The notes below the pieces were generated by a model that searched no databases, had not been told where the DNA came from, and saw only the letters and a list, made by a program, of their open reading frames with translations. The translations under genes and the position numbers were made by a program. A stretch of DNA of 41,274 nucleotides from a bacterium. Its GTDB lineage: Bacteria > Patescibacteriota > Saccharimonadia > Saccharimonadales > JAUPVS01. Position 1 is the stretch's first letter. Each line of letters starts with the position of its first letter. Positions 1-10,700 of this stretch are shown here, in pieces. The stretch spans positions 1-41,274 of the forward strand of contig JAKOXV010000024.1 in NCBI GenBank assembly GCA_029780855.1. The letters run 5' to 3'.

Positions 1-471
1 CCGACTGTATGCCAGGAGGGGAACTACCGGAACTAACGTAAAGAACAAAATAGCCGCATTCGTTACTGCGCGGCCCACACCCATTCGTAGCAGCAACTTT
101 CTAAACAGTACTATGCCGAGCACAAACAAGGCGACGTTTATAAGCCGCATGGCGATAATCTGATACATTTCATTGGTAGTAAACTGACCTACTAACCGAT
201 ACGGAAAGCTCATAAGATAGTGGTGAATGTACGATGGGTCTCGGGTAAGCGTGCTATACATACCGGAATTTGGTGGTTGAGAAAGAAACAAGGGCCCCCA
301 CTGCTTGGCATACAGTCGGATAATACCCACATGATAAGCTTCGTCAAATGCCATCGGAAAGCGAGCAGACACTGCAATCCACACAGACTGAGCAGTGAAC
401 AATAGGATAGTTAGTAGATAGAAAAGGCGACTTTTTATGATTCTATAGGTTTTTGTATATAAGGAGCTCAT
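1..471 (-). CDS. Membrane glycosyltransferase, GT-C fold (ArnT/PMT/DUF2142-like); 5' part only, runs off window start
   Basis: Not in the ORF track. Hand translation from ATG at 471 gives MSSLYTKTYRIIKSRLFYLLTILLFTAQSVWIAVSARFPMAFDEAYHVGIIRLY...MRLINVALFVLGIVLFRKLL..., open to position 1. An N-terminal TM helix is followed by the DE..H loop motif typical of GT-C enzymes. Confidence 0.75.
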   Translation of the reverse strand, partial: MSSLYTKTYRIIKSRLFYLLTILLFTAQSVWIAVSARFPMAFDEAYHVGIIRLYAKQWGPLFLSQPPNSGMYSTLTRDPSYIHHYLMSFPYRLVGQFTTNEMYQIIAMRLINVALFVLGIVLFRKLLLRMGVGRAVTNAAILFFTLVPVVPLLAYSR

Positions 472-588
472 GCGTTTGCTCTTATGGTTTCACGTTTAAG
501 TATAGACTAGCCTTAAGTTAAAACAAAAAAAATATTTGAAATGCTTCGCTTCAAGGACTATGCTTATGGTAATAAGCAGAAACGTTTT

Positions 589-1269
589 ATGCCTAACATA
601 TTAGAACTCCGCGATCTTTCCAGAACATACAAATTAGGTGATGAAGTATTGAATGCCCTGGATCATGTTAGTCTTACGGTTGAAAAGGGACAATTCATTG
701 CGATCATTGGACCATCCGGTTCAGGCAAATCTACACTTGCGAACATCATTGGCGGCTTGGATAAGCCCAATAACGGTACGGTGCAGATAGATGGCCAGGA
801 TCTTTCCAAAGTACGCGATAACAAGCTATCTACCTACCGCAATCAACACATTGGCTTTGTATTCCAATCATTCAACCTCCAACCACATAACACCGCTTTA
901 GAGAACGTTATGCTGCCTCTAGTTTTTTCAAAACTTAAACGTTCAGAACGTAAAAAACGGGCAAAGGAATGCCTGGAAGCAGTAGGGCTTGGCGAACGAC
1001 TCAACCACAAACCTGATCAACTTTCTGGTGGTCAACGCCAACGCGTAGCCATTGCCCGAGCACTCGCAAATAATCCCTCAATTATTATTGCGGATGAGCC
1101 GACTGGGAATCTCGATTCAGCCAAAGGTGCCGAAATCATGGACTTACTAAAATCTTTAAGTAAACAGGGAATTACACTAATAGTCATTACGCATGACATG
1201 AACGTAGCTAAACAAGCTCAAAGAGTACTAGAAATGCGTGATGGTAAATTGACGGAACGGCGAGGGTAA
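589..1269 (+). CDS. ABC transporter ATP-binding protein (LolD/MacB family)
   Basis: Walker A GPSGSGKST, signature LSGGQRQR, Walker B IIIADEPTGNLD and H-loop ITHD. Start probably at 589 (MPNILEL) rather than 541. Confidence 0.93.
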   Translation: MPNILELRDLSRTYKLGDEVLNALDHVSLTVEKGQFIAIIGPSGSGKSTLANIIGGLDKPNNGTVQIDGQDLSKVRDNKLSTYRNQHIGFVFQSFNLQPHNTALENVMLPLVFSKLKRSERKKRAKECLEAVGLGERLNHKPDQLSGGQRQRVAIARALANNPSIIIADEPTGNLDSAKGAEIMDLLKSLSKQGITLIVITHDMNVAKQAQRVLEMRDGKLTERRG

Positions 1270-1276
1270 CTACTTT

Positions 1277-2698
1277 ATGAGGTTCTCAGATTACATTCTA
1301 ATTTCGTTACAAAATATATGGCGTCAAAAACTACGTTCCGCCCTCACCATATTCGCTGTTGTGATCGGCGCAACTTCAGTAACCATAATGCTAGCACTCG
1401 TAACCGGAGCAAAGGGCTTTTTCACGTCTCAATTTGAAGCAAATGGCGTTCTCCAACAGGTTGTTGTTTCGCCAAAAGCAGACATCACGAATTATGACGA
1501 AGCGCAGCACGGTGGCGGTGGAAACTGCGATAGTTGTGTAAAGTTAACCGATATCGTAGCCAACAAGATAGAGGCGTTGCCGCATGCGACCGGCTTGGCC
1601 AGAGTTTTAACATCTGGCTCAGTTGAAGCCATAAAACTTGGAGATAAGAAACTTACCGTTAACCAAGTTAAGGGCTATGATACAAACGGTGTTATAACCA
1701 GAACTATGGTTGCGGGCCGTGATTTGGATGGAAATGATAAAACCGGTGTCATAACAGTCTCTTCAGACTATGCGGACAAACTCGGGTTTAAATCTAATTA
1801 CGGCAGCCTAGTAGGTAAAAAGGTAGACCTCATCACACGCAATTGGTACACCGGCATCGGGGCAGATATACCAAAGCCACAGATGCAGCCAGGAGCTAAT
1901 AATGAGCCAAATAATAAGTCTACCGTTCTCAGCGCTACGGTTGTTGGTGTATCAGATTCTAATTCCGATTCACAGGTTGTACGTGCACCGCTGGACTGGG
2001 TGCATGGTATGAATATGAATCAAATGTGGCAGCCTGATGAAGCGTACAATCAAGCTGCGCAAGAAAAATGCCAACGACGAACACCAGGACCGTGTAATGT
2101 TGAACAAAAGTTGGTACTGGTTTCTCAAGATATGGTTGAACGAAATGGCTATGATAGTTTTGTAGTAAAAGCTGATGCCACTAGCAATACCGCCGGCTTG
2201 GTAACCGAGATCAAAAAGCTAGGCGTAGGGGCCGCTGATGCACAAAGCTACATTCAAAGTCAGATTCAGATATTTAACATAGTCGGTCTAGTACTAGGCG
2301 GTATAGGCGGTATCGCACTTCTTGTAGCAGCGATTGGCGTTATAAACACTATGGTAATGGCAATACTTGAACGTACCCGCGAAATCGGAGTTATGCGAGC
2401 CTGTGGCGCAAAAAGGAGCACGGTTCGCGCACTTTTTACCTTTGAAGCGTCCTTACTAGGATTTTTGGGTGGCATAGTTGGTATTGCAGTAGGATATGGT
2501 TTAACTCGAATTGCAAATGTCTTCATAAATAAACAACTGGCTAGCAATAGCTTCCAGGTTCACAATATCATTGCCCTACCGTTATGGCTGATTGTTACCG
2601 TGATAGCTGCGACCACCGTTATCGGTTTCTTTGCAGGTTTGTATCCAGCTAGTAGAGCCGCTAGGCTGAACCCGGTAGATGCATTGAGATACGAATAA
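1277..2698 (+). CDS. ABC transporter permease (MacB/FtsX family)
   Basis: N-terminal RSALTIFAVVIG TM, large extracytoplasmic loop, ERTREIGVMRACGA motif, C-terminal PASRAARLNPVDALRYE. Confidence 0.93.
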   Translation: MRFSDYILISLQNIWRQKLRSALTIFAVVIGATSVTIMLALVTGAKGFFTSQFEANGVLQQVVVSPKADITNYDEAQHGGGGNCDSCVKLTDIVANKIEALPHATGLARVLTSGSVEAIKLGDKKLTVNQVKGYDTNGVITRTMVAGRDLDGNDKTGVITVSSDYADKLGFKSNYGSLVGKKVDLITRNWYTGIGADIPKPQMQPGANNEPNNKSTVLSATVVGVSDSNSDSQVVRAPLDWVHGMNMNQMWQPDEAYNQAAQEKCQRRTPGPCNVEQKLVLVSQDMVERNGYDSFVVKADATSNTAGLVTEIKKLGVGAADAQSYIQSQIQIFNIVGLVLGGIGGIALLVAAIGVINTMVMAILERTREIGVMRACGAKRSTVRALFTFEASLLGFLGGIVGIAVGYGLTRIANVFINKQLASNSFQVHNIIALPLWLIVTVIAATTVIGFFAGLYPASRAARLNPVDALRYE

Positions 2699-2700
2699 CA

Positions 2701-3924
2701 CTACTCCCGGCGGAGCGCATCTATTGGATTGATGTGTGCAGCTCGTCGGGAAGGGAAGAATACTACTAGTAGACCGACGATAACCATAAACCCTATCATC
2801 AACGCCACTAACCAAAGTGGCGTAGCGAAAAGCGTAAAGTTTTGGGATACGCCGCGATGGTGGGCATAGTTGTTAAGAATTACATTTAGGACCTTTCCAA
2901 CAATAACTGCACCGATGATTCCAATGATTGCTCCGGCGATGGAGAGTAGTACTGCTTCAAAAATAAATAGCTTACGCATATCACGGTTTCTACCCCCCAA
3001 TGCCATCATCAGACCAATCTCTCGCGTTCGCTCAAGTAGAGATATGGTCAGGGTATTAAACATACCCAGCACAGCAACAATCATGCCAATAGCACCAAAC
3101 CCAACGAGGATAAAGTTAAAGAACTTAAATATTTGGTTTACTTGATCCACCGTGTCAATTGGTGAACTGGTAGCAAAACCAAGGCTCTCAATCTGTCTCC
3201 GCAGCGGGTTAACGTTTTCACTTTTATCTGCCTCTATCTTGATCTGGTTATACACTTTGACACCAGCCACCTGAAACTCAGCGTTAGGCATGAACACTTC
3301 ACTACCAGATCCGGAATCAATTACGCCTATTACCGTGTAGGTATCACTCATCTCTGTTTTGTCTGCACTTCCACTTCTTAGGGGGATCCTAATTTCCAAC
3401 TTTTTATTGATCGCATTTTTGGCGTCTTTAATTCCTATGGATTCAAGCAAACTGTTATTTACTAGCACTGATTTTGTATCGGTTTTCTTCAAAAGTCGCC
3501 CCTTTGAAACACTCAGATTGGACATAACCTGGTAGTTTTCATCCACACCGTACACGATCGTATCTACTTCGCTACCTTGTAACTTTAAACTACCAGGGAA
3601 GGAGTAAGATGCACCGATGGTACCCACGTGCGGTAGGTTCTTTACTTTGTTGAAACTATCTTGATCCAGCTTCAGGATTCTCGAATTGGGAGTAGAGATA
3701 TCAATGGATTTTATTGATTGATTACCAATAATCTGGCTCGTCACTAGGTTTTGCAAACCTAACCCAAAGGATAGAAGAAAGAAAATTGCACCGATTCCAA
3801 TGACTACTCCAAAAATCGTTAAGAACGTTCTGAGCTTCTTATTGACCAGATTTCTAAATGCAATATGGGTCAGCACTCGGAATGAGATGCTTCCTTTTTT
3901 CGCTTTTTTTTCTTGCTCAGCCAT
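2701..3924 (-). CDS. ABC transporter permease (MacB/FtsX family)
   Basis: RTFLTIFGVVIGIG, ERTREIGLMMALG and PSRRAAHINPIDALRRE motifs. Confidence 0.93.
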   Translation of the reverse strand: MAEQEKKAKKGSISFRVLTHIAFRNLVNKKLRTFLTIFGVVIGIGAIFFLLSFGLGLQNLVTSQIIGNQSIKSIDISTPNSRILKLDQDSFNKVKNLPHVGTIGASYSFPGSLKLQGSEVDTIVYGVDENYQVMSNLSVSKGRLLKKTDTKSVLVNNSLLESIGIKDAKNAINKKLEIRIPLRSGSADKTEMSDTYTVIGVIDSGSGSEVFMPNAEFQVAGVKVYNQIKIEADKSENVNPLRRQIESLGFATSSPIDTVDQVNQIFKFFNFILVGFGAIGMIVAVLGMFNTLTISLLERTREIGLMMALGGRNRDMRKLFIFEAVLLSIAGAIIGIIGAVIVGKVLNVILNNYAHHRGVSQNFTLFATPLWLVALMIGFMVIVGLLVVFFPSRRAAHINPIDALRRE

Positions 3925-4717
3925 CTACCTTAACTCCCGTACTCTTCTTTTGTTTAGTTACTGAAAGGCGATCAATTCGGTCCTTCATATCCTGCATTAA
4001 TGCAGCGGTTGTTGACTGTATAGAATCGTGTTTCAGTTCCTCTACCTGTCCGTCAGAAATATGCAGCAGGTGATCGGCGAGCGGGAGGTACTCCATGTTA
4101 TGCGTCACTAGGATAATAGTACGACGGTACTCAGACTGGTATCGTTGCAACAAATCCATAATCATATCGCCGTTCTTACTATCCAAGCTTCCGGTAGGTT
4201 CATCAGCGATCAGAATCATCGGATCGTTAACCACTGCCCGAGCCATAGCAATTCTTTGTTGCTCACCTCCGGATAGTAGAATCGGATATTTTTTCGCATA
4301 ATTCTCCATACCGATGCGTTCCAGTGCAAGTTTAGCGAGGTCATTAGCCTCGGATCGTTTATAGCCAAGAAAATAGAGTGGCATAGAAACATTCTCGATA
4401 ACATTCAAACTATTGACCCAGAAGTTTTGTTGGTACACGATACCGATCCGGTGAGCCCTAAAGCGCGCCAGTTTATCTGGTTTAAACTGGTATACATCTT
4501 CGTCATTAAAGAGGATATTACCTTCTGATGGCCGCTGTAGACCAGTTAGGATGTTTAGGAGTGTCGACTTACCAGAGCCAGAAGGGCCGTATACTATATT
4601 GAAGGTATTGTTCGTAATCGCAAAGTTTACATCTTTTAGAACATGTATGGTTTCATCGCCAACGTGAAACGATTGAAAGATGTTTGTAGCTTTAATGAGG
4701 GTTTTGTTTAAATCCAT
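3917..4717 (-). CDS. ABC transporter ATP-binding protein (LolD/MacB family)
   Basis: GPSGSGKST, LSGGEQQR and ADEPTGSLD. True start probably MDLNKTL at 4717, right after the stop of the giant protein; the longer ORF call overlaps that gene. Confidence 0.92.
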   Translation of the reverse strand: MDLNKTLIKATNIFQSFHVGDETIHVLKDVNFAITNNTFNIVYGPSGSGKSTLLNILTGLQRPSEGNILFNDEDVYQFKPDKLARFRAHRIGIVYQQNFWVNSLNVIENVSMPLYFLGYKRSEANDLAKLALERIGMENYAKKYPILLSGGEQQRIAMARAVVNDPMILIADEPTGSLDSKNGDMIMDLLQRYQSEYRRTIILVTHNMEYLPLADHLLHISDGQVEELKHDSIQSTTAALMQDMKDRIDRLSVTKQKKSTGVKVDG

Positions 4718-4718
4718 A

Positions 4719-7700
4719 CTACAGCCCAAACACCTTTCTGAGCGTATTGATAACAATAGTAAGCACACTATCAGATGCTCGGCCAATAATTGCCGACTGC
4801 GGATCACCGGTGCCGGCGTTACCGGATTTATCTCTTGAAATTGGCTGCACGCTATACACCTTGGACGTCGGTAGGTCAGATACGATAACGATATGCTCAA
4901 AGGACAGCCCAGAGTCTTCGGCAGTTTTGCTGTTAAACACTGTCGCCCCGGAACCCTCAGCATACGCTACTTGGCTTGTTGAAAGTTCATCAGTATGCCA
5001 GGAAACAACAATCTGTCCACGCGCCTCCGCTCCGGTTCCGCGGATTGATGTTTCTACCGAAACATTACTGATCTTTGGCGGGCGAGTATCAAGTGCTGTA
5101 TGGAACGTTTGGCGATCAGACACAGCCAGGTTGCCATCTTTATCTCTAGATTGCGCCAAAACAAAATACTCACTATCGTCTTCAAGGTCCCTAATGACGA
5201 TTTCATGATTGGTAGTCAAATCAGAAGAGAGGGAATCCGTGCCGTTTGTTCCCACCTTACCGTAGGTGATAGTACTGGTGGATGGTACGTTTGTTACCCA
5301 TGACACCTTCTGAGTGCTGGTGGGCTCTCCCGCAACGGGTTGGAAGGTAAAGTTACTTATTTTAGGTCGCGGCGGGGTAGTAAAGGTGTACACATTGCCC
5401 GTATAGGCATTACCCTCGCTATCGTATGACGTCAAGGTATAGAAGTATTTAGCGCCATCGTCCAGTCCCGAGAGGTCCACATTATACGTTGATTCGGATT
5501 TTGATGTGTTCACCGTTTGTATACCACCGTAAGCTTCGCTTTTTCCGAATAGTACGCTCACCTTGTATGCATCACTAGACGTAAACTGAATGGTGACATT
5601 GGATAGACCTACTTTTGGTGTAGTTACCTCTTTAATTGATGGTGCGGGAGAAGTTTTGAACGTGTACTCTTGGCTAGTGCCGATGTTGCCGTCTTCATCG
5701 GTCCATTTAGCAACAAAATAGTAGGTGGTTCCAGCACTGAGGTTATCGAGCTGCACGGTATGGGCACTTACTTGGTCAGATACCGCTACTTCAGCGGAAC
5801 TATACTTACCGCTCGCTGTTCCAAAGGCGATTTTAGAATCACTTCCACGATCAGTACTCCAAGTAATCGTCGCCTTACGAGTCGTAATGCCACCAACCGC
5901 CGGTTCCGATACCAGATTCGCTGGCGAAGTAAACTTACCGGTAGGCAATAAGTGTACAGTTGTACTATCGGCACCACAATTATTGGTACTATCACATGCT
6001 TTTACTTTGTAGTAGTAGGTTTGTTGAGACAATCTGGCGTCTATATACGTGGTGCTGGAACTACTACCAACCAAACTAAAGTTAGTGTTATCGGTAGAAC
6101 GGTAAATCTTGTAAGACGCTATGCCCGCACCAGTATCCGTTGGCTCATCCCACGTTATTGCGAGACGCCAGTTACTGGTTGCTTTTATGGACACGTCGAC
6201 TATGTCGGCATTTCCTGGAATGCCCGGAGCAGGTGTATTGGCAGAGAAATTAATCTGTCCATAGCTTGAGTAATTTATATTTCCCGACTCGTCTTTAGCT
6301 GCGATATAAAACGTATTTGTGCCCGGTTGGGTGGCGTACGGTCCAGCTCCCAAACTCGTAACGCCAGGACTCGTATACGTACAGTTTGTGCTTGATGGCA
6401 CAACATTAACCGTATAGCAGTAGGTAATTGCGTTCACGTTGCCAACGTAGCTAGAAGGAGCCGACCAGCTAAACGCAAAGGCATTGGTCGTGTTAGATGA
6501 AGGCGTGGCGACCACATTTTGCGGCTCACTTGGGGCTCCCGTGGTGTTTATTTTTAGTGTTGCGGTCGTATAGGTAGTTGTAACGTTTCCGGCTTGATCC
6601 CAAGTTCTGAAATAGACCGTATTAACACCTTCAGCGATGTTATTGTAATCCGGCGGATCTACTGTTATGTAGCTTCCATCATTTGTAAGAAGGTCTCCTG
6701 AATCGCCGGTGCCGGTATGACTATCACCGTACCAAGGCGAACCTTCAATCCTATATTGCAAACCTGCTAAACCGGAATTAGGATCGCTTGGTGCTCCCGT
6801 ACCAACCGTTGGCCATGAAAGAGTTATTTGCTTGTCGTTCACAAAGCCCGATGGACCGGAAATGTAGCCCGGGTTAGTTGGTGGCGTGTTATCAAACTTG
6901 AAATCAAACTGGGCAGTTGTAGCGCTCAGATTACCAGCATTGTCAATTGCTTTGATACGTAGGTAATATGAAGAATTGGAAGTGGTTAGCGGTGTTGCAA
7001 TATACCCAGCAGAAGACATATCTACATTCGTTCCCGAAACAATGAACTGACAGTTGCCACCTGTCGCAACCGGACTGTTTCCTAAGAGACCCTTAGTCGT
7101 AGCCGGATCAGCAGTATTATCTGTTCCTAGGTACAAACAATAGCCCTTCACACCGGAATCGGCATCACTGCCAGCTGTCCAGCTAAAGTACGGAGAGCTG
7201 CCGTTAGTCCACGAACTAGCACTAAGCGTCGTACCGCCGGCAGCTTTTAGTGCGGTAATGGAACTTGCATTAGTACTTGGAGCGGTAGTGTCTGAAGTTG
7301 CGGTTGCGTTCACGGAATTCAGAGTGACTCGCTGGTTACCATCACTTTGAAGTATCGCCTGCCACTTCAGCCCGCTAAACGTGACAGGGAAGGTAGCCAT
7401 GTTTGCATTAATAACCGCAGCTGAATTAGCCTCACTAGTATTGTTTGAGGTTACCCACGCTGTACCATTCCAATACTTCCATGTTGTTCCATTGTCATCC
7501 GAAAGTCGGTATATGATTGTGCCGCCATTTGTCGATTCATTAGTAGTAAACCCGTCCCAGTGCCAGACACCGCTCGTCCTTACCGAGCTGGAAGGGGTAA
7601 TGGTCTGTGAAGTCATAGTGTATGGTTTAGTTGTGAATGAGGATCGGGCAGTGTCACTTACTCGGATCTCGTCTAGTGTACCATCAAAGCTGGCTACTGG

Positions 7701-10700
7701 CTTACCATACTCACGACCCCCGTAACCCGAACCGATAATTAATGATTTTGTTGAATCAGGGATAAGTACGTTGGTAGTTGTGGATGCATCTTGAACCCCA
7801 TCAATAAACAGTTTCATAGTAGTCCCATCGTAGGTAGCAGCAACGTGATGCCAGTTTGTATCAAATGAAGCTGTGGAGGATTCAAGATAGGCGTTATTTC
7901 CCCAGCTATAGACCAGACCATCGACATTCGTTGAATAGCCTAATCCAACATATAGTTTGCCTTTGTATGGACTAAAAGATTCTACCTCTTCGATTGTTGA
8001 GGCCCAACCATTATTCAGACCGTTACCACCTATTTTAGTCCAACTACCATCTGCATATTTCCAGACTTCACCGTCGCCTGTACTATTTCCCAAACCAGCG
8101 TAAAGATCACCGTTATATACAGCGAGCGTCTTGACCTTTTCATACGTTCCTGTTGTCCAGCTTGCATTCACATCGTCACCACCGATTTGGGTCCAGTTAG
8201 TTCCGTCGTATTCCCATAGGGTTGCGTCACCTGTCGACGAACCTAGTCCAGCATAAAGCTTGCCGTTAAAGGGCATTAAGCTCTCAATGTCTTCAATCGT
8301 TGCGGTCGCCCCCCAGCTGGTATTTACGGCATCGCCGCCAACTTTTGTCCATATAGTGCCGTCCCATTTCCAGACTTCACCATCTCCCGCACTCCGCCCC
8401 AGACCAGCGTAAAGTTCACCGTTATAAACCGCCATTGCATAGACGTTTTCTGCGTAAGTTGTCCAGCCACTGTTTAAACTATCACCACCGATTTGCGTCC
8501 AGTTAGTACCATCATATCGCCACACTTCTCCATCAGTACTGCTCGCTCCTAAGCCTGCGTAGAGATACCCTCCATAGGCCGCTAATGAATCGACTTCGCC
8601 GTGACGGCTTGCCTGGTTCCAACTGGTATTGAGTCCGTCACCACCCACCTGAGTCCACGTACTTCCATCCCACATCCAAACATCACCATCTTGGTCAGTG
8701 CTAGAGGCAGTGGTTCCAAGCCCCACATAAAGCTTTCCCCCGTAACTAGCCATACTGATAACTTGCTCGTACGTATTAGGAGCCCAGCTATTATTAAGTC
8801 CCTGACCACCGACAATCTGCCAAGAAGTACCATTAAACCGAAATACAAGGGCCGCCCCAGTAGTGTTTCCGGTGCCTGCATAGAGATACCCTCCCTGTGA
8901 TTGCATTACCTGCATGGCACTAATGCCATAAAAGCCCCAGCTATTATTTACATAGTCGCCACCAATTTGCGTCCAGGCTGTACCGTTCCATGTGTACGCC
9001 AATCCGGCACCGGCAGAATCATATGTACCGGCATACAGTGTTCCGCTGTCGTAAAGCAGGGTATTAACTAGGTCTCCTTGATTGGTCGACCAGCCGCCAT
9101 TTAGTCCATCGCCACCAATTTGCGTCCAGGCTGTACCGTTCCACTTCCAGACCTCTCCGTCTCCGTTTCCTGTACCGAGTCCTGCGTAAAGATTGGTGCC
9201 ATCATACGCAAACGCCCCGACTTGTTCATAGGTTGTGTTTGCCCAGCTGCTGTTTACCGCGTCACCGCCGATCCTAGTCCAGGCTGTGCCGTTCCATTCC
9301 CATACTTCTGCATCTCCAGATGAATCGCCGAGCCCAGCGTACAATTTAGTACCAAAATATCTAAGCGACCGGACTGTTTCAAACGTACTATTTGCCCAGC
9401 TGCTGTTTACCGCGTCACCGCCGATCCTCGTCCACGCACTACCGTTCCACTTCCATACTTCCGCGTCGCCGGCACTCGCGCCCAAACTAGCGTACAGGTT
9501 CGTTCCGTCATTAGTTAACGCTGCAACGTCTTCAAAGCTGGTGGTCCAACCACTATTAATACTATCACCGCCTATCTTGCTCCACGCCGTGCCGTTCCAT
9601 TCCCATACCTCCGCGTCGTTGGCGGACGATCCTAGCCCGGCATACAGTTTGCCGCCAAAGTAATCTAAGGACCACACCTCTTCAAAGGTGCTGATGGCCC
9701 ATCCACTATTGATACCATCACCACCTATTTTGCTCCAGTTGCTACCGTTCCACTTCCATACTTCCGCGTCGCCGGCACTAAGTCCTAGCCCGGCGTATAA
9801 GTTTGTTCCATCGGTTGAAAGCGAATAGACCCCCTCAAACGTCTGAGATGCCCAGCTGCTGTTTACCGAAGACGGCCCTCCGCCGATCAAGGTCCAGGTT
9901 GTTCCATCCCACTTCCATACTTCCGCGTCGCCCGTGTCCACACCAATACCGGCATACACATTCGATCCCATTTTGATATATGCATTGACTGACCTTTTTC
10001 CGTTTTGGTCCCAGCCTCCGTTAACATCATTTCCACCCTCTAACGTCCAAGAATTGGCATTTTTATCAGCCAGCTCATAGGTAACTTTTCCCGTTTCATT
10101 GTCATAATACAGCTGATAGTCACCTTTATCGAGTATGCCTTCGCGATGAGACTTGGTCCCTGCAGAAAAATTGTTATTAAATTTCGTCCATGCCTCTAAG
10201 CTATTCTGTTGAGACAACGAGAGAGAAGGGGAGTCAAGAACAGTAACGGAAGACGTTGAGCCATTAAATGCCAGTCCATTATTTAGGTTTGCTGCACCAA
10301 ACGTTCCGTTTGCTACCGTACCGTTATTATTGTTGCCTGAACTATCTGCAGCCGCGGTACCACTAGTTTCATCAAAATGGTACAGCGCCTTTGTATTCGC
10401 ATCGGTAGAGTAGTTTTGTGCTTTCATCCGAGCAGTCGTACCGCTTGTCTCCAGACCCGAATCCAGGCTGTAATTTGCAGGTGTAGTAAAGTCCCAACTA
10501 TTGGTTAGGTCAGAAAGAGCCTGGGTTATTTTGTAGGCGTTTAGCATCATAAAGCCTACCCCTAGTACATAAGCGGCAAGCACTGCGTAATGTACCTTTT
10601 TGTGCCGCTCCCATTCGTGCCACGCCTTATACCAGGCAACCCGACTCATCAGGAAATAATGTGGACGGCTTGCTACATGATGATGAGATAAACGAGCAGT

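Noticed and set aside
1-319. The first 14 nt (ccgactgtatgcca) are the exact reverse complement of 306-319
   Set aside because: It sits at the very edge of the sequence inside a coding region and most likely reflects a fold-back or chimeric contig-end artefact. It cannot be evaluated without reads.
220-405. 61-aa plus-strand ORF
   Set aside because: Antisense shadow of the GT-C glycosyltransferase on the minus strand.
541-4717. Two convergent MacB-type ABC pairs, plus a third at 24932-27012, as a novel system
   Set aside because: Multiple MacB/FtsX-type pairs are common; only the linkage to the giant protein was kept as a finding.
8900-9950. Near-identical 25-40 bp DNA repeats at roughly 150-bp spacing, superficially CRISPR-like
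   Set aside because: They are in-frame coding repeats of the propeller blades; the spacing is too long for CRISPR and there are no cas genes.
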